Part shown: positions 53,257 to 63,228 of the stretch, piece after piece
How positions within the stretch are numbered: position 1 is the first letter of the stretch
Layout: every line of letters starts with the position of its first letter
Source: a virus
Lineage: Duplodnaviria; Heunggongvirae; Uroviricota; Caudoviricetes
IMG/VR virus record: IMGVR_UViG_3300027608_000020
Length of the DNA: 64,000 bases
Reading direction: 5' to 3' (one strand)
Translations under genes and position numbers: made by a program
Notes under the pieces: model-generated
Database searches by the model: none
Told to the model about the DNA's origin: nothing
What the model saw: the letters and a program-made list of their open reading frames with translations, nothing else

Positions 53257-54185
53257 TGATAGAATTATGGGTAGAAAAATATCGGCCGAAAACAACAAAC
53301 GAATATGTATTTCGAGATGAAAATCAAAGAAAACAAATTACCACGTGGATTAAAGACAAAAGTATTCCGCATCTGTTGTTAAGCGGCAGTCCGGGTATTG
53401 GTAAAACTACCCTTGCTAAAATGTTGATTGGTGAAATTGGCATTGAAGAATATGATGTTCTTGAAATGAACGCAAGTCGAGAACGTGGTATTAAAGAAGT
53501 ACAAGAACGTATTACTAACTTTGTCAGTATGATTCCGTTTGGTCCATTTAAGGTTGTACTGTTAGATGAGGCAGATTATCTAACACCAGAAGCACAGGCG
53601 GCCCTGCGTGGCGTTATGGAAGAGTTTTCAGGTACTAGTAGATTCATACTAACCTGCAATCATCCTAATAAGATTATTCCAGCAATTCATAGTCGATGCC
53701 AAAGTATGCATTTTACCAGCATTGACCAAACAGAGTTTACTGCTCGTGTTGCTACAATTTTAGTAGAAGAAAATGTAGAGTTTGATTTAGACACGCTCGA
53801 CACTTATGTTAAAACAACATATCCCGATCTACGTAAATGTATTAATTTTGTACAACAAAATGTACAAGACGGATCTTTGATTGGGGCCAATAGCAGTGAT
53901 GCAGGACAAGCAGACTATAAAATTGCTATGGTTGAATTGTTTAAGAAACAAAAGCTACAAGAAGCTCGTAAATTGATATGTTCGAGTGCAAGACCTGAAG
54001 AGCTCGGCGGCGTGTTCCGCTGGATGTACGATAATATAGATTTGTTTGGCGCAGATGAAGAAACAAAAGATAGTGCTCTATTAATCATCAAACAAGGATT
54101 AGTTGATCACGGATTAATTGCAGATCCAGAAATTAACTTATCTGCTACACTGGTAAAACTGGGAAGATTAGTTCGAGGACAATAA
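53256..54185 (+). CDS. AAA+ sliding-clamp loader small subunit (RFC small / gp44-like)
   Basis: WVEKYRP; SGSPGIGKTT; VVLLDEADYLT; SRC; RFC boxes in order. Confidence 0.8.
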   Translation: MIELWVEKYRPKTTNEYVFRDENQRKQITTWIKDKSIPHLLLSGSPGIGKTTLAKMLIGEIGIEEYDVLEMNASRERGIKEVQERITNFVSMIPFGPFKVVLLDEADYLTPEAQAALRGVMEEFSGTSRFILTCNHPNKIIPAIHSRCQSMHFTSIDQTEFTARVATILVEENVEFDLDTLDTYVKTTYPDLRKCINFVQQNVQDGSLIGANSSDAGQADYKIAMVELFKKQKLQEARKLICSSARPEELGGVFRWMYDNIDLFGADEETKDSALLIIKQGLVDHGLIADPEINLSATLVKLGRLVRGQ

Positions 54186-54261
54186 CAAAACCGCGTAACA
54201 ATTTCTGATGCAGGTCGGATTGTTACGCGGTTTCTCTCGAGTTTAGTTAGGTATTATGTTG

Positions 54262-55062
54262 TTATTCGGACTCCTTGTAGATCGATAAAACTTCCTTAAC
54301 AACTGGGTGACGCTCAACGTCTCTTGTTTCAAACCTTGCCATGGCAATCATACGATACTCACCTCCTTGTCCGTATAAATTGCAAAATTCTAGCAATCCG
54401 TTTTCCCTAGGTCGGTCTGCTTGATTCAAGTCTCCAGTAACTACCATACGACTATTGTTGCCTAGTCTGGTTAATAACATCTTCATCTGTGAGGGTGTGG
54501 CGTTTTGCATTTCGTCTGCAACAACAAATGCATTTTTAAAAGTGCGGCCACGCATATAAGCAAGAGGCGATATTTCTATCACATTATCTTCTAGCATTGC
54601 GGCAATTTCTTTTGGATGATAGTATTCTTCAAATACATCCATAATAGGTCTTGTCCACGGCTCCATTTTTTGATTTAATGTACCGGGTAAAAACCCGTGC
54701 TCTTCATCTACACTTACAGCCGGCCTTGTGATAATAATTTTGCTAATCACTCCCTCCTGGTAAAGTTTAATGGCCATCTGTACACCCAGCATAGTTTTAC
54801 CCGTGCCAGCTGGCCCGATTGCAAAAACTATGTATTTTCTGGGATTTTTCAACAGTTCGAGATAGGTTTCTTGTGCAAGATTCCTTGGAACTATTTGGAC
54901 TTGCGGCTTCTTTCTTTGAAATTGTTTAATTTCAATTAAGTTTTCGCCACGTTGATCAATACGTTGATCACGTTCTTTTCTACGTACTCTAGACAAATTA
55001 TGCCCCTTTTTTAAGAACGACCTGCAACAATATTTACATCCAATTTGAAAAAAGGCTTTCAA
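54262..55062 (-). CDS. phoH: PhoH-like ATPase (start uncertain; possible TTG at 54996 with AAGGGG RBS)
   Basis: FAIGPAGTGKT ... VVTGDLNQADRP PhoH signature on the minus strand. Confidence 0.75.
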   Translation of the reverse strand: MKAFFQIGCKYCCRSFLKKGHNLSRVRRKERDQRIDQRGENLIEIKQFQRKKPQVQIVPRNLAQETYLELLKNPRKYIVFAIGPAGTGKTMLGVQMAIKLYQEGVISKIIITRPAVSVDEEHGFLPGTLNQKMEPWTRPIMDVFEEYYHPKEIAAMLEDNVIEISPLAYMRGRTFKNAFVVADEMQNATPSQMKMLLTRLGNNSRMVVTGDLNQADRPRENGLLEFCNLYGQGGEYRMIAMARFETRDVERHPVVKEVLSIYKESE

Positions 55063-55119
55063 ATAGGGAGTTTTTGTATCAGCGAATCAAAACATAAATA
55101 ATGCATTAAGAGACTATTC

Positions 55120-55665
55120 ATGCACGATATAATCGACGTTATTAAAAATCTAGAAACACTAACTGTTAACGACAGCGCCTTTAAAGTATTAAAAGACTTT
55201 GAAAGAGTTCTCGATGAATTGGATATCTATGTTTTTCCTAATTGGGAAGAAGGCGAATTAGTGACCGGCCCAGAAATGAGCAGATATACAGTTGCTTGTA
55301 AATTCATGTGGCCCTATGAAAATATGCCAGATCCTATGGGCGGCGCCAGGTTAACTGATTATGGTTGTAAAGTAGGCTATGCAAAAGATCATGTGCTAAT
55401 TCCGCGTAAGATACACGACCCCAGCGACTTCCGTCCTGGCACAAAGAAAGGCAAGATAGATGCACATCCAGTTTGGATCGTTACAGTTACTATGCCAACA
55501 AAATTAATGCAAGATATCTTCCAAGGTTATCTTGACAAAGAGAACGCAGCCAATTCAGACTTAATGAGATACAAAGGCATAGACGATCAAATGACCGATG
55601 CAGAACCTCAACAGGAGATCCCAGCAGATGATACCGCAACACAAGAACCAGCACAGCAAGCCTAA
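55120..55665 (+). CDS. hypothetical protein
   Basis: 181 aa. Confidence 0.45.
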   Translation: MHDIIDVIKNLETLTVNDSAFKVLKDFERVLDELDIYVFPNWEEGELVTGPEMSRYTVACKFMWPYENMPDPMGGARLTDYGCKVGYAKDHVLIPRKIHDPSDFRPGTKKGKIDAHPVWIVTVTMPTKLMQDIFQGYLDKENAANSDLMRYKGIDDQMTDAEPQQEIPADDTATQEPAQQA

Positions 55666-55702
55666 ATTGTTTGAAGGTCTAAGGTCTGGAGATCTCGTTG
55701 AT

Positions 55703-56401
55703 ATGGTTTCTCCTACGTTTAGTCTTGATCAATTTAAAAGTAAAATGGGCAAAGACAAAGATGTAGTTGTCATGTCTTTTAAAGTTAAAGAAAAATTACC
55801 TGCAACCGACCTAATGGAATTTATTGAAAAAGGTTATCAGTTTGCATTAGATGCTGATATGAGTACAGGCGAAGAACGCGACGGACAGTATAGCGTGTTT
55901 GTTGAACTTGAAAGAACTCAAGATGTACCTAGACAGATTATGGAAATACTTAACGGAGTAGGATTATTGTGTGATTGTAAAGAGTGGAATTTTAGATATT
56001 TCAAAGATATGAATTTATACGATGCCACCGAACATGCTCTTTCAGAACAACTACCATTAACTGAAGTTGACTACTCTAATAAAATGTTAACTTTAAAACA
56101 GGAAAAAGTTACCGAGTTTTTTAATCAAGGTGCTATTGATAGCGCAGATATAGATGAAGCAAATAACTTAGCAATTCACAAACCGTATGCAGAAACTTTA
56201 AATCTTAAACTACTAGCACTAGGTGAATATAATACAATTAAAGAAAGTATACAGGGCGGTATACAATTAGATGATAACAGTAGAAATCAAACTGTCTATC
56301 TTGAAAAATATTTAGGAAATTACGAAATCCATAAACTAGATAATAAGTTTCTAATTAAGAACGGAGATAATGCAATCATAGTGCAAAAGGAAGGTTGGTA
56401 A
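55703..56401 (+). CDS. hypothetical protein
   Basis: GGAG RBS before an internal ATG; avoids the 67-nt overlap. Confidence 0.45.
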   Translation: MVSPTFSLDQFKSKMGKDKDVVVMSFKVKEKLPATDLMEFIEKGYQFALDADMSTGEERDGQYSVFVELERTQDVPRQIMEILNGVGLLCDCKEWNFRYFKDMNLYDATEHALSEQLPLTEVDYSNKMLTLKQEKVTEFFNQGAIDSADIDEANNLAIHKPYAETLNLKLLALGEYNTIKESIQGGIQLDDNSRNQTVYLEKYLGNYEIHKLDNKFLIKNGDNAIIVQKEGW

Positions 56402-56402
56402 A

Positions 56403-56903
56403 ATGTGGATGTTGCATTTTATTCCAGATAGCTTGCTACTCTGGGTAATACATGGTATGCTGATTGCTGGGGTAGTGGGATTTCTACTATCCTTTTTTCT
56501 TTTGAATCGCTTATTGCGTTGGTTCCCACAACTTGCACCAATACATTTATTACTACAAATATTAAGCATAGTATTACTTGTCGGCGGGGTATATTTTAAA
56601 GGTGGATACAGCACCGAAGCAGAATGGAGAGCTCGAGTTGCAGAAATGGAACAAAAGATCGCAGAAGCTGAAGCAAAGAGTCAACAAACTAATACAGTAA
56701 TTAAAACTAAAATAGTTAACAAAATTAAAACAGTTAAAGAATATCAAATAGTATATCAAGATAGAATAAAAGAAGTTGAGAAAATAATTGATGCAGAATG
56801 CAAGGTTGCCCCCGAAGCAATTATAATACTTAATGATGCGGCAAGATTAAGAAAAGGCACAGTTATAGTAAGTCCAGTAACCTCAGTAGAGGTCAACAAA
56901 TGA
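56403..56903 (+). CDS. membrane protein with periplasmic coiled coil (i-spanin-like)
   Basis: N-terminal TM segments plus EAEAK coiled coil; immediately upstream of a lipoprotein gene with overlapping stop/start. Confidence 0.4.
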   Translation: MWMLHFIPDSLLLWVIHGMLIAGVVGFLLSFFLLNRLLRWFPQLAPIHLLLQILSIVLLVGGVYFKGGYSTEAEWRARVAEMEQKIAEAEAKSQQTNTVIKTKIVNKIKTVKEYQIVYQDRIKEVEKIIDAECKVAPEAIIILNDAARLRKGTVIVSPVTSVEVNK

Positions 56904-57184
56904 AATTAATTAAATTATTTGTCCTTGTAATTTTTATCATACTTGCATTTTTAATTACAGGATGTTCTTCAACAGCGCCTGTAAAAAGAAACTTTCCTAG
57001 CGTACCTGAAGAACTATTGGTATCCTGCCCAGAATTAAAAGAAGTACCCGAAACAGTTAAATTAAGCGAAGTAATTAGTGTAGTGGTTGATAATTATGGA
57101 CAGTATCATCAATGTGCAATTAAATCCGAAGGATGGATTGAATGGTACAAATCACAAAAAGAAATATTTGAAAGTGTAAAATGA
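56900..57184 (+). CDS. small lipoprotein (o-spanin-like)
   Basis: lipobox LITGC; 94 aa. Confidence 0.45.
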   Translation: MKLIKLFVLVIFIILAFLITGCSSTAPVKRNFPSVPEELLVSCPELKEVPETVKLSEVISVVVDNYGQYHQCAIKSEGWIEWYKSQKEIFESVK

Positions 57185-57594
57185 AAAAATTAATATTATT
57201 GTCATTGATAGTAACACTAACTGGATGTGCATCTTTTGCAGATTTAAAAGAAGCATACCTAATGAAATACGATAGTAACGAATATTATCAAATATCAGAC
57301 ATTAGAACTAGTGCTTACTATGCCAAACAGAATTGTAGCAACCATGACGAATCAAAACAGCAGGCGGGAATTATTTCTAAAAAGACATTAGCATTTAAAA
57401 ACTTTGTAGAACATTTACCTAATAATAGTAAAGTTATTACAGCGTCAGTTAATCTTGACGGTATTGCACAAGGGCTAAAAGATCAATATCAAAAAAATGA
57501 TAAAGTAAGTGCTGTATTTTGTAAAATTAAGTTTGAATCTATAGAAACATCTGCAGAAACAATGCAAAGAACAATAGGAGCTAAACCCAAATGA
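57181..57594 (+). CDS. lipoprotein
   Basis: lipobox TLTGC. Confidence 0.45.
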   Translation: MKKLILLSLIVTLTGCASFADLKEAYLMKYDSNEYYQISDIRTSAYYAKQNCSNHDESKQQAGIISKKTLAFKNFVEHLPNNSKVITASVNLDGIAQGLKDQYQKNDKVSAVFCKIKFESIETSAETMQRTIGAKPK

Positions 57595-57845
57595 GTATAG
57601 AGTATCATCAAAGTCTGTTATCAGGTATACAAAGCCACGATCCTGAGTTTATGCAGGCTGCACAATCTATAAATGAATTAACCGAAATGTGTAAAGAAGG
57701 AAATGTAAGTCCTCAAGAATATGCAGAGTTACTAAGAGACATCCAACGAAAGATTAATATTAAACAAAGTATGTCTGAATTAGAAAACTTATCAAAATTA
57801 AATACCGCTATAAATGGATTAATATCTATTGCCGGTGCTGTCTAA
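57591..57845 (+). CDS. hypothetical protein
   Basis: 84 aa. Confidence 0.35.
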   Translation: MSIEYHQSLLSGIQSHDPEFMQAAQSINELTEMCKEGNVSPQEYAELLRDIQRKINIKQSMSELENLSKLNTAINGLISIAGAV

Positions 57846-57964
57846 GAAAAATTATGCATATTGAAGAATGTCCGCTATGCGGCGGCAAACACCCTAAGAA
57901 GTAAACTACCAACTTAATCTTAAAAAGTCATCCATTAAATACTAACAGAAACAGGAGGTTTTTA

Positions 57965-58588
57965 ATGTCTGACTTTATTCTATCTAAAGCTCAATTAGCA
58001 GAAATCATCAAGGGAAATCCTTACATCGATCACTGGCATGGGGCTTTAGCACAAGCATTACCCGATTACGATATTAACACGCCAGAGAGAGTTGCGGCTT
58101 TTATGGCGCAAACTGCTCACGAGAGTGGCGAATACAGAGCAATTAAAGAAAACTTAAATTACAGGGCCGCAAGCCTACGTAAAGTTTTTCCTAAATATTT
58201 CCCAACAGACGAGCTAGCTGCCGCATACGCACAAAAGCCAGAAAAGATTGCTAACAGAGTCTATGCCAACAGAATGGGAAATGGTCCAGAGGAGTCCGGT
58301 GACGGTTATCGTTACTGCGGAAGAGGATTAATACAACTAACTGGAAAAAACAACTATCAAGCATTTGCAGATAGCATTGAAATTACTCCAGAAGAAGTTT
58401 CAGAATTCTTAGCAACATTCGAAGGTGCTGTACAAAGCGCCTGCTGGTTCTGGGAAGCAAACAATCTTAACCAATGGGCAGACAAAGGTGATATCGTAAC
58501 ATTGACCAAGCGTATCAACGGCGGTACCATTGGCCTTGAAGATCGTATTAAACATTATAATCATGTATTACATGTATTAGGAGTATAA
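57965..58588 (+). CDS. GH19 (chitinase class I-like) endolysin
   Basis: AQTAHESG ... YCGRGLIQLTGKNNY catalytic region of GH19 lysozymes; AGGAGG RBS. Confidence 0.8.
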   Translation: MSDFILSKAQLAEIIKGNPYIDHWHGALAQALPDYDINTPERVAAFMAQTAHESGEYRAIKENLNYRAASLRKVFPKYFPTDELAAAYAQKPEKIANRVYANRMGNGPEESGDGYRYCGRGLIQLTGKNNYQAFADSIEITPEEVSEFLATFEGAVQSACWFWEANNLNQWADKGDIVTLTKRINGGTIGLEDRIKHYNHVLHVLGV

Positions 58589-58590
58589 AC

Positions 58591-58734
58591 ATGTTAGAAA
58601 CATTATTTTGGATTTTTGTTGGAGCATTTGTTGGATGGAATTTTCCTCAACCCGACTTTGCAAGGAACATACAAACCAAGTACTTACAAAAGTACATTGA
58701 CAAGTTAAAAGTTATTTTATTTTTCTGGAAGTAA
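58591..58734 (+). CDS. small TM protein (47 aa), holin candidate
   Basis: AGGAGTA RBS; single TM; directly after the endolysin. Confidence 0.3.
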   Translation: MLETLFWIFVGAFVGWNFPQPDFARNIQTKYLQKYIDKLKVILFFWK

Positions 58735-58744
58735 GGAGTAAACA

Positions 58745-59308
58745 ATGTCAATGATTGATTCAATATTAAACTTAGTTACAAAACAACCTAAAGATGCAGA
58801 TGCAGTCAAGCATCCAGTAGGTTCACGTTCAGAGCGTGAAGCCAAAATCAAAGACAAAGCAGGTATGGTTATCTCCATCTTTGCTTTGTTGTTGGCAGTG
58901 AATGCCTGGTACGGCGGCAAGTTAGGTAGCACAGTATTAAACAATACACTAGGTGCTAACAACACATGGGCACAGTATCAAGCCAAAGCAGGTCGAGGTG
59001 TTACCTACGAAATTGCGGCAAAGACCTCAACTGATCCAAAACTAAGAGCAGAATTCCAAGCTGAGAAAGAACGCATGGATGTAGACAAGAAAGAACTTGC
59101 TGTTAAAGCAAAAGAACTAGAAGCAGTTCGTGAAGAAGCCAAGAAGTCTAGCCCATGGATTGGTTATGCATCGACTGCTTATCAACTAGCAATCGTTGTT
59201 CTATCAGCAAGTATTTTAGCAGTTAGCATGGCCATGTTCTGGGGAAGTTTTGTAGTAGCAGGATTTGGATTGTTATTGAGTCTTAACGGTCTGTACCTCT
59301 GGTTCTAA
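58745..59308 (+). CDS. membrane protein
   Basis: AAGGAG RBS; 2-3 TM segments. Confidence 0.45.
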   Translation: MSMIDSILNLVTKQPKDADAVKHPVGSRSEREAKIKDKAGMVISIFALLLAVNAWYGGKLGSTVLNNTLGANNTWAQYQAKAGRGVTYEIAAKTSTDPKLRAEFQAEKERMDVDKKELAVKAKELEAVREEAKKSSPWIGYASTAYQLAIVVLSASILAVSMAMFWGSFVVAGFGLLLSLNGLYLWF

Positions 59309-59321
59309 AGGAGCTAGCGGT

Positions 59322-59936
59322 GTGGACCCAATTACAATAGGACTTGCATTTACGGCCGCACAATCTGCTGTAAGTTATATTAAACAAGCCGTTGCACTGG
59401 GCAAAGACATCAATAGTCTTGCAGGACAATTTAGTAAGTTTTTTGAAAGTTCAGATGCTATTCATCGTGAGCGATCAAAGGTAAAAGCCAAGGCGCAACG
59501 TCTTGGTAAAACTGATGCCGAGCTAGGGCATGAAGCTCTGCAGATTGCCATGCACAGTGATGCTCTAAGACAAGCAGAGCGTGATCTTAAAGATATGATT
59601 CTCTGGCAGTTAGGCAAGCCACAGATTTGGGAACAGATGATTGCCGAGCGTACCAGACTATTTAAAGAACGTGCAGAAGCGGAGCGTGAAGAAGCGGAAC
59701 GCCAACTAGCGCATAAGAAGAAAATGGCAGACATGTTTATTTTTGGTATGTATTTTATTGCAGGTGCAGTTATTTTATTTGCAGTTGCTATGGGTGGTGT
59801 TGGCGTATACGGAGCCATGGAAGAAAAAAGAATATATGAACAAAAGGTAGCAACTCGCAACGCACTTATCCGGCAGCAACAAAAAGAACGCGAAGCTCGT
59901 GAAAAGAAAGAACGAGAAGACTACGCTAAAAATTAA
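59322..59936 (+). CDS. membrane-anchored coiled-coil protein (paralogue of 60219..61001)
   Basis: shared MDP(I/L)T(I/L)...A.SAV N-terminus; C-terminal TM. Confidence 0.45.
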   Translation: MDPITIGLAFTAAQSAVSYIKQAVALGKDINSLAGQFSKFFESSDAIHRERSKVKAKAQRLGKTDAELGHEALQIAMHSDALRQAERDLKDMILWQLGKPQIWEQMIAERTRLFKERAEAEREEAERQLAHKKKMADMFIFGMYFIAGAVILFAVAMGGVGVYGAMEEKRIYEQKVATRNALIRQQQKEREAREKKEREDYAKN

Positions 59937-60218
59937 AGGATAAGTCATGTACTTCAACATAATCATCACCACAAATGACCTAATATTCTTTTTATCTATG
60001 ATACCTTTATTAATGGTGTTTGGAGTCATGTTTAAAGATTGGTACAATGACAAGGACAGATATTAACACACTATGTTTGAATGGATCTTAATATTTGCAC
60101 TAGCCAAAGAACCAGATGTTAAAAAATGGCCCGAGTGGGAGTGTGTGCGATGGACATGGACCGGGGACGTTTATAATCGCACAGTGATATGTTTAGAATG
60201 GCGTAAGAGGACAAACAG

Positions 60219-61001
60219 ATGGATCCCTTAACACTCTTTGCGTTAGCTAACGGAGCAGTCTCCGCAGTTAAGGCTGGGTGTAAACTCTATAAAGATATCA
60301 AGGGTGCAGCCGGTGATGTCAAAGATGTATTAAAAGACATCGATGCACAGTTCCAAAAACTTCACCCTCCTGAAAAACCAGCCACAGTAGAGCAACGTAA
60401 TCAATACATTCGTACAAAAAACGAAGTTGTCGAGTTAAACAAAAAGGCTAACTCGGGCGAGCATACCGGTGTTTACACAGAGATTGGTAATCATCTTGGC
60501 GCATATTACGATAACTTAAACAAATGCATGGCAATTTTTGCTGAAGAAGAACGCCGTAGTAAAACACAATTATATACAGGAGATGATAGTCTAGGTAAAC
60601 GTGCGCTACAACGTGTTCTAATGCGTAAGCAATTAGAACAAATGGGTACTGAATTACGTGAGATAATGGTGTATCAAAGCCCTAAAGAATTGGGTGCGCT
60701 TTATACAGAAGTAGAAGAAATGATGCGTGAAATGGGTAAAGAACAAAAAGTTCTCATCATCAAACAAATGAAAATTCAAGAGGTACAGGATCGTAGACGT
60801 GCGGCCCGTATGAAACAGCTGAGAGAAGAGTTGATCATCGGTGTAGCGATTATAATAATAATATTTGTTATGGGCGGAGTGTTCATGTGGGTAGCATACG
60901 ATAGACAACAAAAATACCCACAATACGGTGACGGATTATTCCCTAAAAGCGAAGAAAAACGCCGAGCTGAAGCTGAACCCAAGATATATGTTGGACGATA
61001 A
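60219..61001 (+). CDS. membrane-anchored coiled-coil protein (paralogue of 59322..59936)
   Basis: MDPLTLFALANGAVSAV N-terminus; C-terminal TM IIGVAIIIIIFVMGGVFMWV. Confidence 0.45.
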   Translation: MDPLTLFALANGAVSAVKAGCKLYKDIKGAAGDVKDVLKDIDAQFQKLHPPEKPATVEQRNQYIRTKNEVVELNKKANSGEHTGVYTEIGNHLGAYYDNLNKCMAIFAEEERRSKTQLYTGDDSLGKRALQRVLMRKQLEQMGTELREIMVYQSPKELGALYTEVEEMMREMGKEQKVLIIKQMKIQEVQDRRRAARMKQLREELIIGVAIIIIIFVMGGVFMWVAYDRQQKYPQYGDGLFPKSEEKRRAEAEPKIYVGR

Positions 61002-61028
61002 TAAATAATTGCACACTAGGAGCGAAAT

Positions 61029-61571
61029 ATGGCAGAAGAAGTTAAAAGCGAGAGCGAACAGAAAAAAGAAGATTGGATGAATTCAAAATGGCGTCCAATG
61101 ATGGGCTGGATGTATATGTTGGTTTGTACTACGGATTTTGTAGTATTTCCTATATTATGGAGCCTGTTACAATCCATAAGTCATGGCGCAGTAAATGTAC
61201 AATGGCAACCAATAACATTACAGGGAGCAGGATTATTCCATATTGCTATGGGTGCCGTTATTGGTATCAGTGCATACGGTCGAACTCAAGAAAAATTAAG
61301 TGGAGCAAACAATGGCGGACTTACCTTACCAACAGGCGGCACAACATATACTCCGCCAGCACCAATTGCAGGCGCCGGATTTGGCGGCGGCACAACACCT
61401 CCGGCAAGTAGCGTTAGCGGAGGCAGCTTTGGAAGCTCATCTACAGCGCCAACAGGCTTTAATAGTGGTTCAGGATTTGGAGCACCAGCGCCTACAACAT
61501 CGACCCCCTCAGTAACAAGCGGATTTGGAGGCAAACCTGCTCCAGCTCCACAAGTAGATCCAGTACTATAA
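61029..61571 (+). CDS. membrane protein with a Gly/Thr/Pro-rich C-terminal tail
   Basis: 2 TM segments; low-complexity tail. Confidence 0.45.
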   Translation: MAEEVKSESEQKKEDWMNSKWRPMMGWMYMLVCTTDFVVFPILWSLLQSISHGAVNVQWQPITLQGAGLFHIAMGAVIGISAYGRTQEKLSGANNGGLTLPTGGTTYTPPAPIAGAGFGGGTTPPASSVSGGSFGSSSTAPTGFNSGSGFGAPAPTTSTPSVTSGFGGKPAPAPQVDPVL

Positions 61572-61580
61572 GGAAAACAA

Positions 61581-61784
61581 ATGAAAAAATTATTAGCATT
61601 ATTACTTGTTGGATTTTTGACAACCAATGTGTATGCAGGTGGTGAAACCAAAGAAGTATGTCATGACAAATTAGATAAGGCCGGCAAGCCTGTCAAAAAT
61701 AAAGACGGTTCCGTAAAACAGGACTGCAAGAAGATTAAAGTTCATAAAAAATTAGAAGGTACAAAAGTACCAGAAAAGAAATAA
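61581..61784 (+). CDS. small secreted protein
   Basis: signal peptide MKKLLALLLVGFLTTNVYA. Confidence 0.4.
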   Translation: MKKLLALLLVGFLTTNVYAGGETKEVCHDKLDKAGKPVKNKDGSVKQDCKKIKVHKKLEGTKVPEKK

Positions 61785-61788
61785 AAAC

Positions 61789-61817
61789 TTGACTCCCAGG
61801 GGAAGGTATAGTATAAT
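61789..61817 (+). promoter_or_regulatory. sigma70-like promoter TTGACT-17-TATAAT
   Basis: near consensus upstream of dnaJ-like gene. Confidence 0.5.
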
Positions 61818-61846
61818 TAATTGTACTATACCTTTTTTCAATTATT

Positions 61847-62713
61847 ATGCTAACAGACCATTACTCAACACTAGGCGTCCAAAAAGACGCTTCATACGAA
61901 GATATAAAAAAAGCCTATCGAAAGTTGGCTGGGCAACATCATCCCGATAAAGGTGGTGATGGCGAAATATTTAAAAATGTGCAAATTGCATACAGTATCT
62001 TAAGCGACCCTACTAGACGTTCAGAATATGATCGAAATCCGCGAGGATCAGATCCCTGGTTTGAAAATCAAAGAGCGCACCAGGCATATAACGGTATGCA
62101 TGTAAATCCAGAAGAAATGTTTGCACATTTTTTTAACCGGCCTCCAGACGTTGATCCATTTTCATTTTTTAGACAACGACCGCAACAGCCTAGAAACTTA
62201 TCAATTAATGTACAGACAAATATTACATTAGAAGAAGCGTTCTATGGTAGAGATTGGTTAGCGGAAGTAACACTACCTAGTGGAAGAAACCAAACTATCA
62301 ATATTAAAATACCAGCAGGTATTCAAGACGGTACCATGTTAAAGGTACAAGGACTAGGTGACGATTCACACCCTCATGTTCCAAGAGGAGACATTCATTT
62401 AACTGTGTCAGTTGCCGCACATAGAGGATTTGTAAGACAAGGCGACGATCTTGTTAAACAAATAAATGTTATGTGTGTCGAGGCAATACTGGGATGCAAA
62501 TTATCAATTGATACAATCGACGGTCGAACATTGGAAGTAACAATTAATCCGGGAACACAGCACGGACAGATACTAAGTGCGGCCGGATATGGTATGCCTA
62601 ATATTAACGACAACAGATTCAGAGGCAGAATGTTGATGCCTATTAATATTGAAATACCCACACAATTAACTCCCGGTCAAGTAGAGTTACTAAGTAAGTT
62701 TCATCAATCATAA
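61847..62713 (+). CDS. DnaJ-family co-chaperone (J domain plus DnaJ C-terminal domains, no zinc finger)
   Basis: J domain with HPD ([10 protein letters not shown]); CTD layout. Confidence 0.8.
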   Translation: MLTDHYSTLGVQKDASYEDIKKAYRKLAGQHHPDKGGDGEIFKNVQIAYSILSDPTRRSEYDRNPRGSDPWFENQRAHQAYNGMHVNPEEMFAHFFNRPPDVDPFSFFRQRPQQPRNLSINVQTNITLEEAFYGRDWLAEVTLPSGRNQTINIKIPAGIQDGTMLKVQGLGDDSHPHVPRGDIHLTVSVAAHRGFVRQGDDLVKQINVMCVEAILGCKLSIDTIDGRTLEVTINPGTQHGQILSAAGYGMPNINDNRFRGRMLMPINIEIPTQLTPGQVELLSKFHQS

Positions 62714-62721
62714 ACAATAAT

Positions 62722-63228
62722 ATGTATAAAGTAGTTAAATTCCCCAATGAAATTCTGCGAGAAAGGATGCCTGATTTTGATTTCAGTAATCCTATTGTAG
62801 ATCCAAAAGAGTTAGAAAAAGAAATGATCGAGACTATGATAGCTAATGATGCTATTGGTCTTGCCGCGAATCAAGTCGGTATTAAAACTAGAGTGTTTGT
62901 TATGGGTTCTAAAGAACATCCAGATAATGCTGTAGGAATTTTTAATCCGGTAATCATCGAATCCGGCGGTGATTCAATGGTTGATGATAGTGAAGGTTGT
63001 TTGAGTTTCCCAGGAATATTTGCTAATATAAAACGCCCCAAAGTTATTAAGGCGCAATGGCAAAATAGTTCGGGTGAAACATTAACAACCGAAATAGAAG
63101 GGTACACCGCTAGATGTTTCCTACACGAATTTGATCACCTTGAAGGTATTGTATATCAAGATCGTATTAGTCCCCTAAAATGGGCAATGGCAGTAAAAAA
63201 ATCAACTAAAACTAAAAGGAAATATTGA
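62722..63228 (+). CDS. def: peptide deformylase
   Basis: GLAANQ, EGCLSFPG, HEFDH motifs. Confidence 0.85.
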   Translation: MYKVVKFPNEILRERMPDFDFSNPIVDPKELEKEMIETMIANDAIGLAANQVGIKTRVFVMGSKEHPDNAVGIFNPVIIESGGDSMVDDSEGCLSFPGIFANIKRPKVIKAQWQNSSGETLTTEIEGYTARCFLHEFDHLEGIVYQDRISPLKWAMAVKKSTKTKRKY